This document shows positions 30,308 through 44,458 of a stretch of DNA of 64,000 bases, piece after piece. The DNA lies in the NCBI RefSeq assembly GCF_009914755.1, contig NC_060947.1, one strand, 5' to 3'. This DNA is from the human T2T-CHM13v2.0 reference genome, Homo sapiens. The translations under genes and the position numbers were made by a program. Below the pieces are notes generated by a model. That model was not told where the DNA came from. It made no database searches and saw only the letters and a program-made list of their open reading frames with translations. Within the stretch, counting starts at the first letter, position 1; each line of letters starts with the position of its first letter.

Positions 30308-33300
30308 TCATTTAGGAAATGGAAGCAACACTTGGAGTCCTGAAGGCTTTTAACCTCAGTTGTTACATTAGTGTGTTGCAAATGTGATAGAGAAAAAAAA
30401 TCTGGGAAAAATGATCTGATATGGTCTAAATGAAACTAGTTTTTATCATGCCTAAAATTGGAAAACTCCAAGACTTTCTTTTTTTCTTTTTGATTTCTTG
30501 GATACAAAGAACAAGACACAGTAATGTGTGTTTGATTAATGCCAACTCCCTGAACTCCTTAATGTCAACTAGCTACTCTTCATTACCAAACACCACATGT
30601 GCTCTTCTTTCAGTTTAGGCATACCAGCGCAGCTGCAGAAGACACAGTGGTGATCTCTATCACACCAACAATCAGATATTTGTCATAATAGCCTCCTAAT
30701 CATATCGCATATGAAGCCTCAATGAAGTCTTTATAACCAGACATGAAATAATTAAACTTTTCTAATTTAAAAGACCTAATAGGGAATGGTCTCTGTGACA
30801 GGTGTAAAATTCCATTCCTTCTAGAAAATTACTCACCTAGCAGATGCTCCTTCTGACTGAAAGAGAAATTTCATTGCAAAAAGAATGTTCACCTTTTATT
30901 ATGAATATTGCACAATGCATTAAGACAATGGCTTTCCATGTAGCAGTGCATAACCTTGATCTTCTGACCACTAATGTTCATTGTATAATACAGATAACAA
31001 ATATTCACCTGTCTCCATTCTTCATCAGTGAATTGCAAGGACACTTGGATTCTAATGCTGAGGGTCCCTGGAAGTCTGAGAATGCATCATAGTCTTAGGC
31101 TTTTTCAAAAGTGTAAATAGGTTAGTGTGCTAAAGACTTGCATTGAAAATAGAGATTGCTCAGAAAAAAAAGAATTGTATTTCCACTGCCAAAGAGAAGA
31201 ATCAAGATCAAGAGGAAGAAACTATTTTTATACCACAGTGCAAAGATAAGAAACCTTCAACCTATTATTTGGATGTGGCCCTGGGCTTAACTTGGTACAA
31301 CTTGAAGCAATTTTCTGAAGTATGTACCCTTCTCCCCCTACACTGAGCCAGATACATATACAGACAATTTTGTTGAGTCCAACATGAATGTGGTGCGAAC
31401 TCAACAGAGATCTCTGGGTGTTAAAAGGCAGGCCCCATGCCCCGAGATGGCCTTTGAGAGGGAGAGATGCTTTGCACAGAGTCCTAATTTTCCCAGGGAG
31501 AAGTTGGGTGGGTGATATCAACGACAGCAGTGATAGAGACTGCATCACCCTTGGGCTGAGTGTGGTTAAGTTTGGGAAGAAGTCAGAGAAAGTGTGGGGT
31601 TGCTGACCTTGGGTGTGCCCAGCTTTCTGAGTGCTAACTGGGAGGTGGCATGAAGATGGCAAAGCTGGAAGTGGAGAAGGAGCAAAGGCTTCTGCCAACA
31701 GTGTCTGATGTATGGTGAGGCGGACCATGCTGGTTGTGCTTTGTATTTCTTTTCTCTTTCTTCTGTGTTTCTCTCCTCCTTCCTCTGGCTTGATTTTATT
31801 CTCTCTCCTTCTTTTTCCTGGGGTATGAGTGACAAGGATGGACTTTTGAGAGGCTCTGAACTTGAAATTTCAGCAAAGAGAAGGACCTGTGGTTTGTGTA
31901 AGCATCTCTCTGTTGTCCAGATACAGAACCCCCAAAACATCGAGAGTGGCTTCTCTTCCTCTTTTCTCTGCCTCCCATCCAATCCAAGATCTCTCAATAT
32001 GCACTATTTGTGTTATCTTCTTTGAAAGGTCCCTCTTTCTCTGAGTCTTCTCTTTCCCTTAGTTCCTTTCTCCATTATTTAGACAAAAATGAGAGTAAAC
32101 TATTCTTTATTCACTTTCGTTTGTTGAACAGAGTTTTGCCTTTTATTTTAAAAGCAGTTGAGCAGGATTTTTATATTTCTTGCCCATAAAACCTAAACCT
32201 TGTTAACATTTTTCAAGTTAGTTTTAGTCCACTTAGGGATAGTTGCTCTCAAGAGATAAAAGATTACCCATACCTATCCCTTTTGTGGGCTTTGTATTTC
32301 ACAGATCTATTGAAAAATACCATTTATAATAAAAGCTAGCAATTATTGAGCTTACTCTGTGGTAGGAACTTAATCTGCATGATCTTATGTAATAGTGGTA
32401 GCCGCCCCACGGGGCTGTGTGATGACTGAGTGAGCCCATGTATATAAAGTGCTTAGTGCAGTGCCTGACAGATAGCAAGCTGTCAATAAGTGTGCTATTA
32501 ATACTGTTATTAGTACTACTACGATGAAGTTACTGGAATAAGCCACAGCCAGTGGCCTTGGAAAAACAAAGTTAAGGGTCTAATCAACCAAGACTCACTA
32601 GACAGAGCAAAGTAGCTGGTAATAGGATAGTAAATGTTCCTGGGATATGGCAGAGGAACAATGGTCTGGAAGCAACAGAAGGAGTAAGGAATAGGCTGAT
32701 AACTGTCCCCACTGCCATCTCCGGGGATAAGGTGAAGCTACTTTAGGAGATGGTCTCCCTTTTTTTTTTCCATTATGAGAGGTTATTTTTAATTCTATTA
32801 AATTCCAATGTTTATTCAGAAAACCTGGTAGAGATTGAATTGCTATATGTACTTTCTTAGTTTTCTTCTTCATATCATATTTTGACCATTTATCTTCTAC
32901 ACCTGGCTGACCTGCATGTTCCTTGTAGTGTAACTTCTACTTGGTGTTTGTGCTTTGCTTTGTTTTCAAATTTAAATTGTGAGATACATTTTCTAAGAAA
33001 TAGCCCTGATATTGAAATGGCTTCTGTGGAATAGGTTTGACAGATGTAAGTCTTTGATTCTTTGGCTTTGGTTTTTGTGCCTGTTACAGTTTTACACACA
33101 TTCATTCAGAGGAAGACATTACCATCAATGTGTTGTTTCTTTTTTCAAATTCCAGTATGTTTTCAAAGACCCGTATTTCACTAAGCAGTGTACTTGTTGA
33201 AACTGATGTGAGTGACTTTATGTTTCCACACGTGATAGAGCATCAGATACTGGAGTTTGCCAGGGGTAGAATGGTTGGATTCAGGAATGTTTAGCTGACT

Positions 33301-33317
33301 CATTGCAGGAAGTTACC

Positions 33318-33430
33318 CTGTAATCCCAGCTACTCGGGAGGCTGAGATGAGAGAATCACTTGAGCACAGGAGGTTACAGTGAGCTATGATCACGCCACTC
33401 CACTCCAGCCTGGATGACAGAGCGAGACCT
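33318..33430 (+). mobile_element. Alu right-arm fragment
   Basis: CTGTAATCCCAGCTACTCGGGAGGCTGAG...GACAGAGCGAGACC. Confidence 0.85.
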
Positions 33431-33659
33431 GCTAATGAAAGAATTATGTTCCAAAAGCCAGCTAAGCATTTTCTTTAAATGAGAAGAGTCTGTGTTTCAT
33501 GGCAGCTTGAAAGAGGGGGAAACATGAAGAGGAAATAAATGAAGACTATCTCGGTTTATTAAGGACACTGCAAAGGATTCTGATGAACACCAGGTGGAGA
33601 GGATGCACAGGGCAACGCTGTGGGGAGGGGCGTGGGATGGTCTCTAGCAAGATTGGCTA

Positions 33660-34090
33660 TAGTAGCGAATTAAGAGCACATCTAGATTTGGATTTCAGTG
33701 CTAGCTGTGCCATTCATAAGCTGTATGACCTTGGATAAATCGCTTAACTATTCAGAGTTCTAGTTTCCTCACCTGTAAAACGGGAGTGCTAATATTAATG
33801 GAACCTAGCTCAGATGGTTGTGTGGTAGCATATGTGAGATAATAATATGCATGAAGTAAGCTTAGCATGCCTTCTACCTAATAAATGAATGCTGCTGCTA
33901 TTGTCATTATCATTCCAATCACCCTGCAGAGAGGGTATGTTTGTCTTCATTTTACAGTTGAGAAAACTGGGGCTACAGGAATCAATAACTTTTCCAAGGT
34001 ATAGTTAATAGGCACAAGGCTAGAATTTGACCAGAGATGTCTCTGCCCCAAAGCCTGTGATCTTTCTACTGCTCTGTGATGCCTCTGGAA
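33660..34090. mobile_element. Two adjacent MIRs in opposite orientation
   Basis: GTTTCCTCACCTGTAAAACGGG followed by CATTTTACAGTTGAGAAAACTGGGG. Confidence 0.7.
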
Positions 34091-34869
34091 ACAGTGTTCT
34101 TATTCCAGAAATGAGAAGCACAAGGTCAGCTCTCACTTAAAATAGTAACAAAAACAAATCCTAATATGTTCCTTAGCCTGTGAGGTACACTGGCTGCTCA
34201 TTTCACTTGCTTTCAACTACAGGGAAAAAGAGCTGTTTGTCACCTGTGGTTTGATGGAGCTATTTTTTTTTTCTCCTCTAAAGCTAGCTTCCCCTTTTCA
34301 CTAAATTAGTGTCATTTCCATGAAACAAAGGTGTTTCCGATGTTTCAGCCTTTTCATTTCTCTCTAAGCATCCACTTCTTGAAGGTTTTTATTTTCAGGT
34401 AGATTTACTGCTGCCCCAAACACAAGGACCTCAAGTCTAAGCATTTTCTGGAGCCTTGATATCTTTGGGAGAATTGTTACTGCTGAGCTCCGATTGTACA
34501 GGAAATTTTGGACATCAAATTTTCAGGAGACCTGTATGCTTCTCTCATCCCCTACATGATACCACACTCACAACCTTGGCTTCAATTTTTTGGCATGTGG
34601 CTTTGCTGGTTCTGGCATCTGATACTCTCTGTAGCTTCAGTGTTGCTTCTTTTTTTGAAATAGCATGCTCTTTTAGGTGTTGCTCTCGCATACCTTGTTT
34701 AGTACTGGTGGCATATGGTGTTCCTACAGTCTTACCATTCTTACCCAACAGAGGAGTCAAAAGGGGAACATTTATCTGGCTGAGCTTGGGGAGAGCAAGG
34801 ACTCAGTAGGTTTAATGTCTCAGGAAAATGACTGGAATCATGAGTAGAAATCATTATAAATTGCACAGT

Positions 34870-35800
34870 CTGAATTTATTTGACAGAAAATTATTGAATG
34901 TTCATGATGAAGAAAGCATTGTGCTAAATACTCCAGGAATACAAAGACATGGCATCTGTCCTTCCAGAGCATATGAGTTAATAAAGGGCAAAAACAGTAT
35001 TCAAAGTATTTGTGGAGTTTGAAGTTCCATGAGGAGATTATACCCTCCTCCCAAAACCAAAAATTCTGTAGGGATCCACTGTCTATAGGACCAGGGAAAG
35101 CTTCACAAAGGAAGTAATATCTGATCTGTCTCTGGCATGAAATAGGTGCCCAAGAAATATTCATTGAATTGGGTTTAGACCTGTGAAATATGAGAAAGGG
35201 CCTTGTAAGTGGAGGGAATGGTGTGAGCAATACTGCAGAAGCGAGAATTGTCAGAATGTATACTGGGAACAGAAAGTATTTTAGGCCAGATTAAAAAGTA
35301 TATATCAGGGAGGGATTGGGGAGGGTGGTGGCAGTGAGGCCCAGATGGAGGATCATGACCTGGAAAGCCAGGATAAGGAGTTTGTCCTTAGTTTAGCCGA
35401 CATTAGGGAGCCACTGAAGATTTTTGATGGTAAGAATGATAAATTTATTTCCTAAGATAGCTCTGATGGCAGAACAGGTGGCCAATGCTTTTTTAAACAA
35501 ACAAACAAACAAACAAACAGTAGTTGAGGAGAGGTCAGGAGAGGGAACATGAAGAAAAAAGTCACACTAGTTGGTGATCAGGATGCATTGAAGACCACCC
35601 TAAAGAATCCATTTGGTAGAAGGGTGGAGTTAGAGGCCAGATTTCAAAGATTTAAAGGAATGAGTGTGGTAGTGGAGGGAAGGAAAGCAAGCTTCAGCAA
35701 CTTGAGAACCCAGAGGCCTGAAGGAAAAGCTTGTGGAGTCTAGAGCATCACTGAAGTCAGAGAGGAAGGGGCCTGCAGAGGGAGGCACTAGAAATGAGGG
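34870..35800 (-). mobile_element. L2 fragments
   Basis: Degenerate L2 3' region (GGGAGCCACTGAAGATTTTTGA). Confidence 0.6.
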
Positions 35801-37533
35801 AGGGACTGGCCAATTCATATAAAGAGATGACAGAGGAGGAGGCTGAGAGGGGAATTAGTGGAAGGGTTTTTCTTAGAAAGGAGGATTTTTTTTTTTTCAG
35901 AGATAGGACTGAAGGAAGAGAGACTAAAGGAAATGTATTAAGGAAGAGAATGAGCCACGAGAAAAGGAAAGAGTAGCAAAATCTTATTTGGGTCTACATA
36001 TAGAGCCTTGCTGTCTTGGCAGAATGCTCAATGCTCAGAACACCCTTCTGAAAGCTTGCCCGCCATCCGGGCTTCCTCCACAAGATTCAAGGTCTCATCG
36101 ATTCTCTTCAGCTTCAGTCAGAGACAATCTGACAGCTGCAGTTGGCTCAGCCCTTCTTGCAGCAAGCTGACACCATTTCTGGTGGGCTTCAAAGGCAGTA
36201 TAAATGGTTCTCCCTTAAGAGCAGGTTACACTCGGCACCTAGGCAGCCTCATTACACAACTAATTAAACCTCTATCACTTGAAAGGAATCAATGGCAGTT
36301 CAAGATCTGCTTGAGTAGACTTTGCATTTCCGTGTTCACACATAGCAGTCCTACAGTCAAGGAGTTCCCAACCACTGCAAGGGGAAGATGTAAACAAGAC
36401 CTTAGAAATAGATTGTTTCATTTCCTATAAGGGGGTGTCCCAGAAGATCTTACTCATTAGACAGTAGGCAAGACCCCTTTAACCTTTTGAAATAGAAGGG
36501 AGTTTCGGGCAGCTCTTTAAACGGTGGGAAGCTCAAGCTTTCTGCTCTGGTGCATCCATCTGGACAAAGGCATGTCAACTTCTCAGAGTCTGTCCTTCCT
36601 GGCAGTTCCAAAGGGAGGTCCCCGGGTGTTGAGTGCAGTAAGCTAGAGCCTGGGTTTTCCCCTACAGAAAGGCTCCAGCCCTGTTGTAAATACAACTTTC
36701 AGAAACTAATTTAACTGGTTCCACTTAAATGAACTGGGAAATGACCCAATAGAAGGGGACAGAGGGACTTGTGCCAGTTCTACCATCGCAACAGGAGCAG
36801 CCACACCAGACCTTTTACTTTCAGCAGGAGAATGTTGACTTTCTGAATGCAACACACTTTTCCATCTACTTACTGTGTTATTTAAATAAATTGCTTTGCT
36901 CTTGAGGGACCTTATACTCTTTGGCTCAGTGAGAAGCTGGTAGATTGGAGTCAGAAGGGGCTGTCAATGTGGAATCTAATAGAGTTTCAGTGTGGGAATA
37001 TTAGGGGTCAGAAGCAACCTTACATTAGTTATCACATCTTGTCATTAGATGACATGGATATTATTATAAAGAGGAAATCTACAGGGAGCGTGGAGATGAA
37101 AGCCATAAATTGGCTAGAAGAAGTAGGAGATTTCAATGTGAAAGCAAGTGCTTCAAGATGTGGACTGCCTGTGGACTGCCAAACTGCCCTATGGACTGCC
37201 CAGGCTCCCTGCTCTACTCTCATCTCATATCACTTTTTACTCCTTGAAATACTGTCAAGTTTGGATTATTCACTGTCCTCAGATGACAAGGGTTCAGCGC
37301 CAACAGACTAATTTTCACGCCGGCCTAAACAGACTTAATTAGGGAAGCTGTTCTGTGGCCAAAAATCACCCAGTGCATTCCAAAGCCAGATCTAACAGGC
37401 TTGTGGATTTTCAATTGTTTGTCATCATCTGTACTACTGCTTTCCTTCTTTCATGTAGGACAAGGCACACAGGAACTTACTGTTATCCTGGCTTTGCCAC
37501 TGACCAGCTGTGTGACCTTGGCTAACTAACTTA

Positions 37534-37893
<360 letters not shown>

Positions 37894-38026
37894 ACTGAGG
37901 ACTGTTGTGCATGTTCAATGAAGTAATGCCTTTGGGAGTGGTTAGCACAATGCCTAGCACACAGAAAGCACTAAGTGATTATAGTTGTCTAACGATAACA
38001 ATAACAGCTGCTGAAGGCAAACATGT

Positions 38027-38198
38027 GCCCGGTGTGGTGGCTTGCACCTGTATTCCCATCTACTTGAGAGCCTGAGGCAGAGGATCCCTTGAGGCCAGTG
38101 GTTCAAGACCAACCTGGCACCATAGTGATACCAGTGTGGGCAATATAGCGGTACCTCATCTCTACAAAATTTTTAAAAAATAATAAAAAATAATAAAG
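38027..38198 (+). mobile_element. FLAM/AluJ monomer
   Basis: Alu left-arm sequence with an A-rich tail. Confidence 0.75.
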
Positions 38199-40691
38199 CA
38201 AATATGTAATGAATTGGATGTGTGTGTTTTTGAGGGGTGATTCGTTTCATTTGCCCTGATTAAGGGTGCTTTGAAAAGAAAAGAATAAATGTGAGGACAG
38301 AGGAGTAAGTAAAGACATATATATCCCACATGTCTATTTTCTTTGCACCTGAGGGTTTCATAATTGAGATTTTAAACTAAGTTAGAGTGAGAAGTGTAAA
38401 ATAATCTACCCTCACTGAAGTCCTCAAAACTTAAGACTGTAAAGAACTTCTGTGTTTAGTCACTCATAACTTACAACATCACTATTACTATTGGTAAAAA
38501 TATATATTTTTCAATATAGAAAGTGCTGGTACCCAGGGGCCTCTACTGGGTGTTAGCTAAGGTATGCAGCATCTCACTTCTCTTTGATCCATTACTTTTT
38601 TAATGGGCACATTAGAAAAATTGGCACCTGGGTAACCTGAAAAATGCAGTCTTTGGGGCCCCTATCCTCAGGAGATTCAAGCTCAGGAGGATTAGAATGC
38701 AGTCCAGGAATCATGGGCACCATGGATGATTGAGACACCAAGGGTCCAAGAGTCAGACTTGGAAAACTGTGGGTTAGTGGGAGCCAGCCTCGCCCTACCC
38801 CCATGCACCCCTGGCCATCCCATGCTGCCCAAATCATTCTGTGGTCTGAGATCCCCTCATATCCTTTAGTTGGCATGGCTTTAGAGCATCAGTACACCTC
38901 GACTCATCTCCTGCAGAATAGCAAGGAGTCCTTAAGCAAGGTTTTCCCTCTCCTCCTGACATGAGCCCCCTTAGCACCCTGCATCATTACCGTAATTGCT
39001 TCCCAACTTCTGATTAGATAAAAACATGATGGCAGCAATCATGTTTCATCTTTAACTTGTAATTGGATGCAATATGATGATTATGGATCCTGATCAAAGG
39101 GCATTTCCATGGGATAATAAGTCCTCACAACAGCAATCTCCTTGGGATGTTTTTGCTTTTGCCTTATGGCTGCATGTCCTGTCCCCATTTCCCTTCCCCC
39201 AAAAGGAGAGCATGACTTCAGCATCTGCTGATGATTTTGCCTCAATTTTTCTCATCACACACACACACACGCAATCTCATTTGGTGCATCTGTTGTTAAT
39301 TAGCTGTCTCTCATGGCTAGTCCTTGGGCTCGCTCCTTCCTCCAACAATCCCTCTAAACCTCAAGATCACGTAAAATGAAATGGAAAAAAAAAAGATCTG
39401 TGAATCATTTCTGTAGAAGACTAATTTTTATCTTCCTCCACCAGTATGTAGCATCTCTTTTCCTTCCTTTTGTCCTTCCAATGGTCTCTTTTCTGCATTA
39501 ACAGAATCAGGTCTATAGGTCTCTCCCTCCTTCTCCCCCCTCTCCCTTTTTCTTTCCTTCTCTCCCTCTCCTTCCCTTAACATCTCTAAATGTAAACTTG
39601 TTAGCAAGGTAGAGTGTAAAGAGCCCAGGCTCAGAAGTCGGGTAGTACCAGCTGCCATTTACTGGCTGTGTGAACCTGGGCAAATTATCTTAACTCTCTG
39701 AGCCTAAGGCTTTTTGTCTGTGAGATGGGAATCACTGTGCATATGGTATTTTTGTACTTTGCAGTACGTTGTTTGGAGGAATAAATTATACATATCGAAG
39801 TGTTAGGCTCAGAGTGAGCACTTGATAAATGCTGGTTATTGTTTTAATACATACCTACTATATAGGTTGTTTGTTTTGTTTTGTTTTAGTGTGTTTTAAC
39901 GAGATAATGTCTGTAAATAGCTTAGAACAGAGCCTAGGTAGTTGCACAACAATTAACTGCTCCCTTACCATTTGCTTTTTTTGTTTTTTTTTTTTGAAAA
40001 AATGGGATCCAGAATGGGAAGAAGAACAAACACCATTGGATTCAAAACCCAATATTTAAGGACTCCTCATAAGCAGGCCATTATGCATTAATGTAGTCAC
40101 ATTGTCAAATGTCTCCATGTCTCCAGTGCACCTGACCTTATCAGTGCAATGACAACACTGTGTGTACCACTCTAGAGCTTGGTGATTGTTGACACAAAAG
40201 TTACTTTTGGAAATCATTATCTACCCTACACTTCTTTCTTTTCTTATCCTTGCCTCTATTTACCTTGTATAACCCTCCTGGTGGCATTCAAGACTGGAGA
40301 AGATGCTAAGCCAAGTGGTATATCCCTATGCCATCCACCATGTACTTTATTGAATTTGATTTTTGGCTTAATTTTCTGTAATTGAAAAAATCATGGAATA
40401 TCAGAGTTTAGAGGACATTTAGAGACCGTAAGTTCAAGCCACTCATTTTACAGTTTAGGGAACTGAGACTCAAGATGTCAACTAATTTGTTTAGCACCAG
40501 GTAGGGGATTGATGACATAGCTAGGGCTAGAGGCCAAGTCCCTGACATCTACTCAAGTGCTTATCCCTCTGCAGCACACTATTTAGTAGATTCTTTTATT
40601 TATTGAGCTGTAAGTTACAAACAGTTCTGTTCCTTTTATCTATTGCAAAAGCTCCCATTTTATTTATTTTTATTTTTTCTGACTCTGCCAC

Positions 40692-41170
40692 TGTTACAGG
40701 TTGAACTGTGTCCCTCAAAAATGGTATGTTGAAGTCCTAACCCCCAGTACCTCAAATGTGACCTTATTTGGAAATAGGGTCATTACAGAGGTAATCAGGT
40801 TAAAATGAGATCATTATAGTGAAGCTTCATCCAGTATGACTGATGACTTATAAAAAGGGGAAATTTGGATCTAGAGACAGACACAGAAGGAAGATGATGC
40901 AAAGACACACAGGGAGAAGACAGTCATGTGACTGGAGTGATTTATCTATAAGCCAAGGAATGCAAAGTAATGCCAAGGATTGCCATCAAATACCAGAAGC
41001 TAGAAGAGACAAGAAAGATTCCCCCCAAACCTTCCCCCAAGAACCACTGGCCCCGCAGACACCTTGATCTTGGACTTCCAGCTTCCAGAACTGTGAGACA
41101 ATACATTTCTTTTGTTTTAAGCCACCTGGTTTGTGGCACTTTGTTACAGTAACCCTAGGAAACTAATATA
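40692..41170 (+). mobile_element. MLT1C-type solo LTR
   Basis: TGTTACAGGTTGAACTGTGTCCC...CCCTAGGAAACTAATATA. Confidence 0.88.
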
Positions 41171-41347
41171 CCACCATGGATAGTTTTGTTATCCCCAAGA
41201 GGTACATATTAAGGCCAGAGAGAGAAATTTGTCAAGAGAACATGTATCCAGCACACAAGAATTGTTTGCCTTAAATTATATTATGTTTGTACTTGGGAAC
41301 CAAGTCAAATGTCGGTGGTATCAGTGTTAATTGTTGTCTATGCCATC

Positions 41348-41386
41348 TGTACTGGTCAGGGTTCTCCAGAGTAATAGAACCAACAG

Positions 41387-41443
<57 letters not shown>

Positions 41444-41624
41444 TATATACATATATATATACACATATATACATATATATACATATATACACACACATAT
41501 ATATGTACATATATATACATATATACATATATATACATATATATACATATATATATACATATATATAATATCATATATTATATTCGTATTAGGCCATATG
41601 AAATATGACCTAAACTCACTGAGC

Positions 41625-41670
<46 letters not shown>

Positions 41671-41843
41671 TTTTTTTTTGCCAAGCATCAAAGCCAAGAA
41701 ATTCATACTAACGACTACCTTCTTCTCCATCCTGGCACTGGTACAGTCACTAAGAACTGTCAATACACATGCAGTGTTAATCTACGCTGGTAATACTCAG
41801 ACCAGATTTCATGATAGATGCTTGACAGATTTCATGATAGATT

Positions 41844-41913
<70 letters not shown>

Positions 41914-42330
41914 TATTCCTATATATATTCCTATATATATATATTCCTATATATATGTACATATCATGGAGGCTGATAAGTCTCACAGTTTGCTGTCTGC
42001 AAGATGGAGGCCCAGTAAAGCTGGTAGTGTAATTCAGTCCAAATCTGAAAGCCTGAGAACCAGGGGAGCTGATGGCTGAGGGCAGGAGAAGATGAATGTC
42101 CCAGCTCAAGGACATGAAGAGTGAGTTCACCGTTCCTTTACTTTTTTGGTTCTATTTGGGCCCTCAGCGAATTGGATGATGCCCTCTTGCATTGGTGAGG
42201 GTGGTCTTTATGAAGATCAAATGCTCATCTCTTCCAAAAACATCATCACAGACACACCCAGAAATACTGTTTTATCAGCCATCTTGGTATCCCTTAGCCC
42301 AGTCAAGTTGACACATAAAATTAACCATAC
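41348..42330 (-). mobile_element. MLT2 (ERVL) LTR with an expanded TA/CA array and templated inserts
   Basis: TGTACTGGTCAGGGTTCTCCAGAG...GTCAAGTTGACACATAAAATTAACCAT. Confidence 0.85.
41389..41963. repeat. Compound (TA)n/(CA)n/(CT)n microsatellite cluster
   Basis: Three pure TA runs of about 20 units, plus TATACA-type repeats. Confidence 0.95.
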
Positions 42331-43639
42331 ACCTTCTACTGAAACTGTAAGATCATTTTATTGTCGTTTCGTTGCTTGTGCTTATTCTGAGACTTGGAAA
42401 ATTTTTGAGGAACATGCTTTGGTTTATGGCTGCATAGGGTAGATGTGCTGGCCAGTGGTGTTCTTCTAGGCATAGTTATAGTTTTTGAGGACTGTTATAA
42501 GTCCCCTACTTGTGTGGCGCTCTCCAGGTATGCCTTTGTTCCCTCATATTTCTTTCAAGCTTATGCATCTGGGCCTGGCTAACATAAGGTCCTTTATATT
42601 AATATTGTTGCCTTGCTGATACAGCTGTCACTGTAATCTCACAGGACAGTGATAGGATCCAGGGCTGATTTTTTTTTTTTTTTTTGCCAAGCATCAGAGC
42701 CAAGAAATCATACTAACAACAACCCTCTTCTCCACCCTGGCACTGGTACGGTTACTAAGAATTGTCATTACACATGCAGTGTAATCTACACTGGTAATAC
42801 TAAGAGCAGATTTCATGATAGATGCTTGGGAAGTTTCATAAACAGGGATCATTGTTTTTAATCCTCTTGATGGTGTTTTCCCAGAGCTGTGTTTGGAATG
42901 CTACTGAAAGTTAGATGGCTAACAGCATGCTATGAAGACTGCATTGAGATCAAGGAGAAGAAACAAGGGTTAGTTATCTGGCTATGACTGAAGCAATCAA
43001 CGGTGAATATTGGTGGAACTTTACGAACGGACATTGCTAATGGGCACCGTGGTGCTGAATGAATACAACATGAGCTTTGGCAACACCCAGATGTAGGTTT
43101 GAATGTGTGACTTTAGAAATGTGACCTAAATTCACTGAGCCTCAGATTTTAAACCTATGAAAAATTCCAAACATTTTAAAGTTAAAAAAGAATAAGATAG
43201 CAAGCATAAATGCACTCACTATGAAGTTTCAAGGTATATTGCAAGATGTATTACAAATACAGCCGTAGCCTCATGTGTATCCTTCTCCAAGCACATTGCT
43301 CTCTCTGCCCCTACCCTGCCACTCTCCCCAGTCCCACCACATATACTCAAACAATTAATGATGAAAACTCAAAAAGACCCAGACACATAGAAACTAAATT
43401 ACTTCTGAAATGGCAAGGGTTGGTAGAGACTCTCCTTGCAAGGTTAATTAATATATCTGACAAAGAAACAGCAAAAGGGCTTGTTTAGGGAAGTCATGGA
43501 TGGTATTTCTACTTTTAAAATATAAATTAGAATTTTCTAGGAAAATATTAGATTTCTAGTAGGCTACATAGTTTTCTGAACAAGACCAGGTTAGTTCATC
43601 ACTGTAATGAGGGCTCAGTACAGATTGGCTGTATGTGGG

Positions 43640-44458
<819 letters not shown>

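Noticed and set aside
33156-33207. Plus-strand 52-nt segment with good AG/GTGAGT sites
   Set aside because: It is antisense to a longer, more protein-like minus-strand frame and has no compatible plus-strand partners.
34399-34535. Plus-strand exon-like frame containing IVTAELRLYRK, reminiscent of a TGF-beta prodomain motif
   Set aside because: Short isolated match; no furin site or cystine-knot exon found; the neighbouring coding-like signal is on the minus strand.
36008-36430. 140-aa plus-strand ORF
   Set aside because: Its Ser/Phe-rich composition is typical of the antisense shadow of the minus-strand frame.
41271-42130. Tyr/Ile-rich ORFs
   Set aside because: Translations of (TA)n/(CA)n microsatellites.
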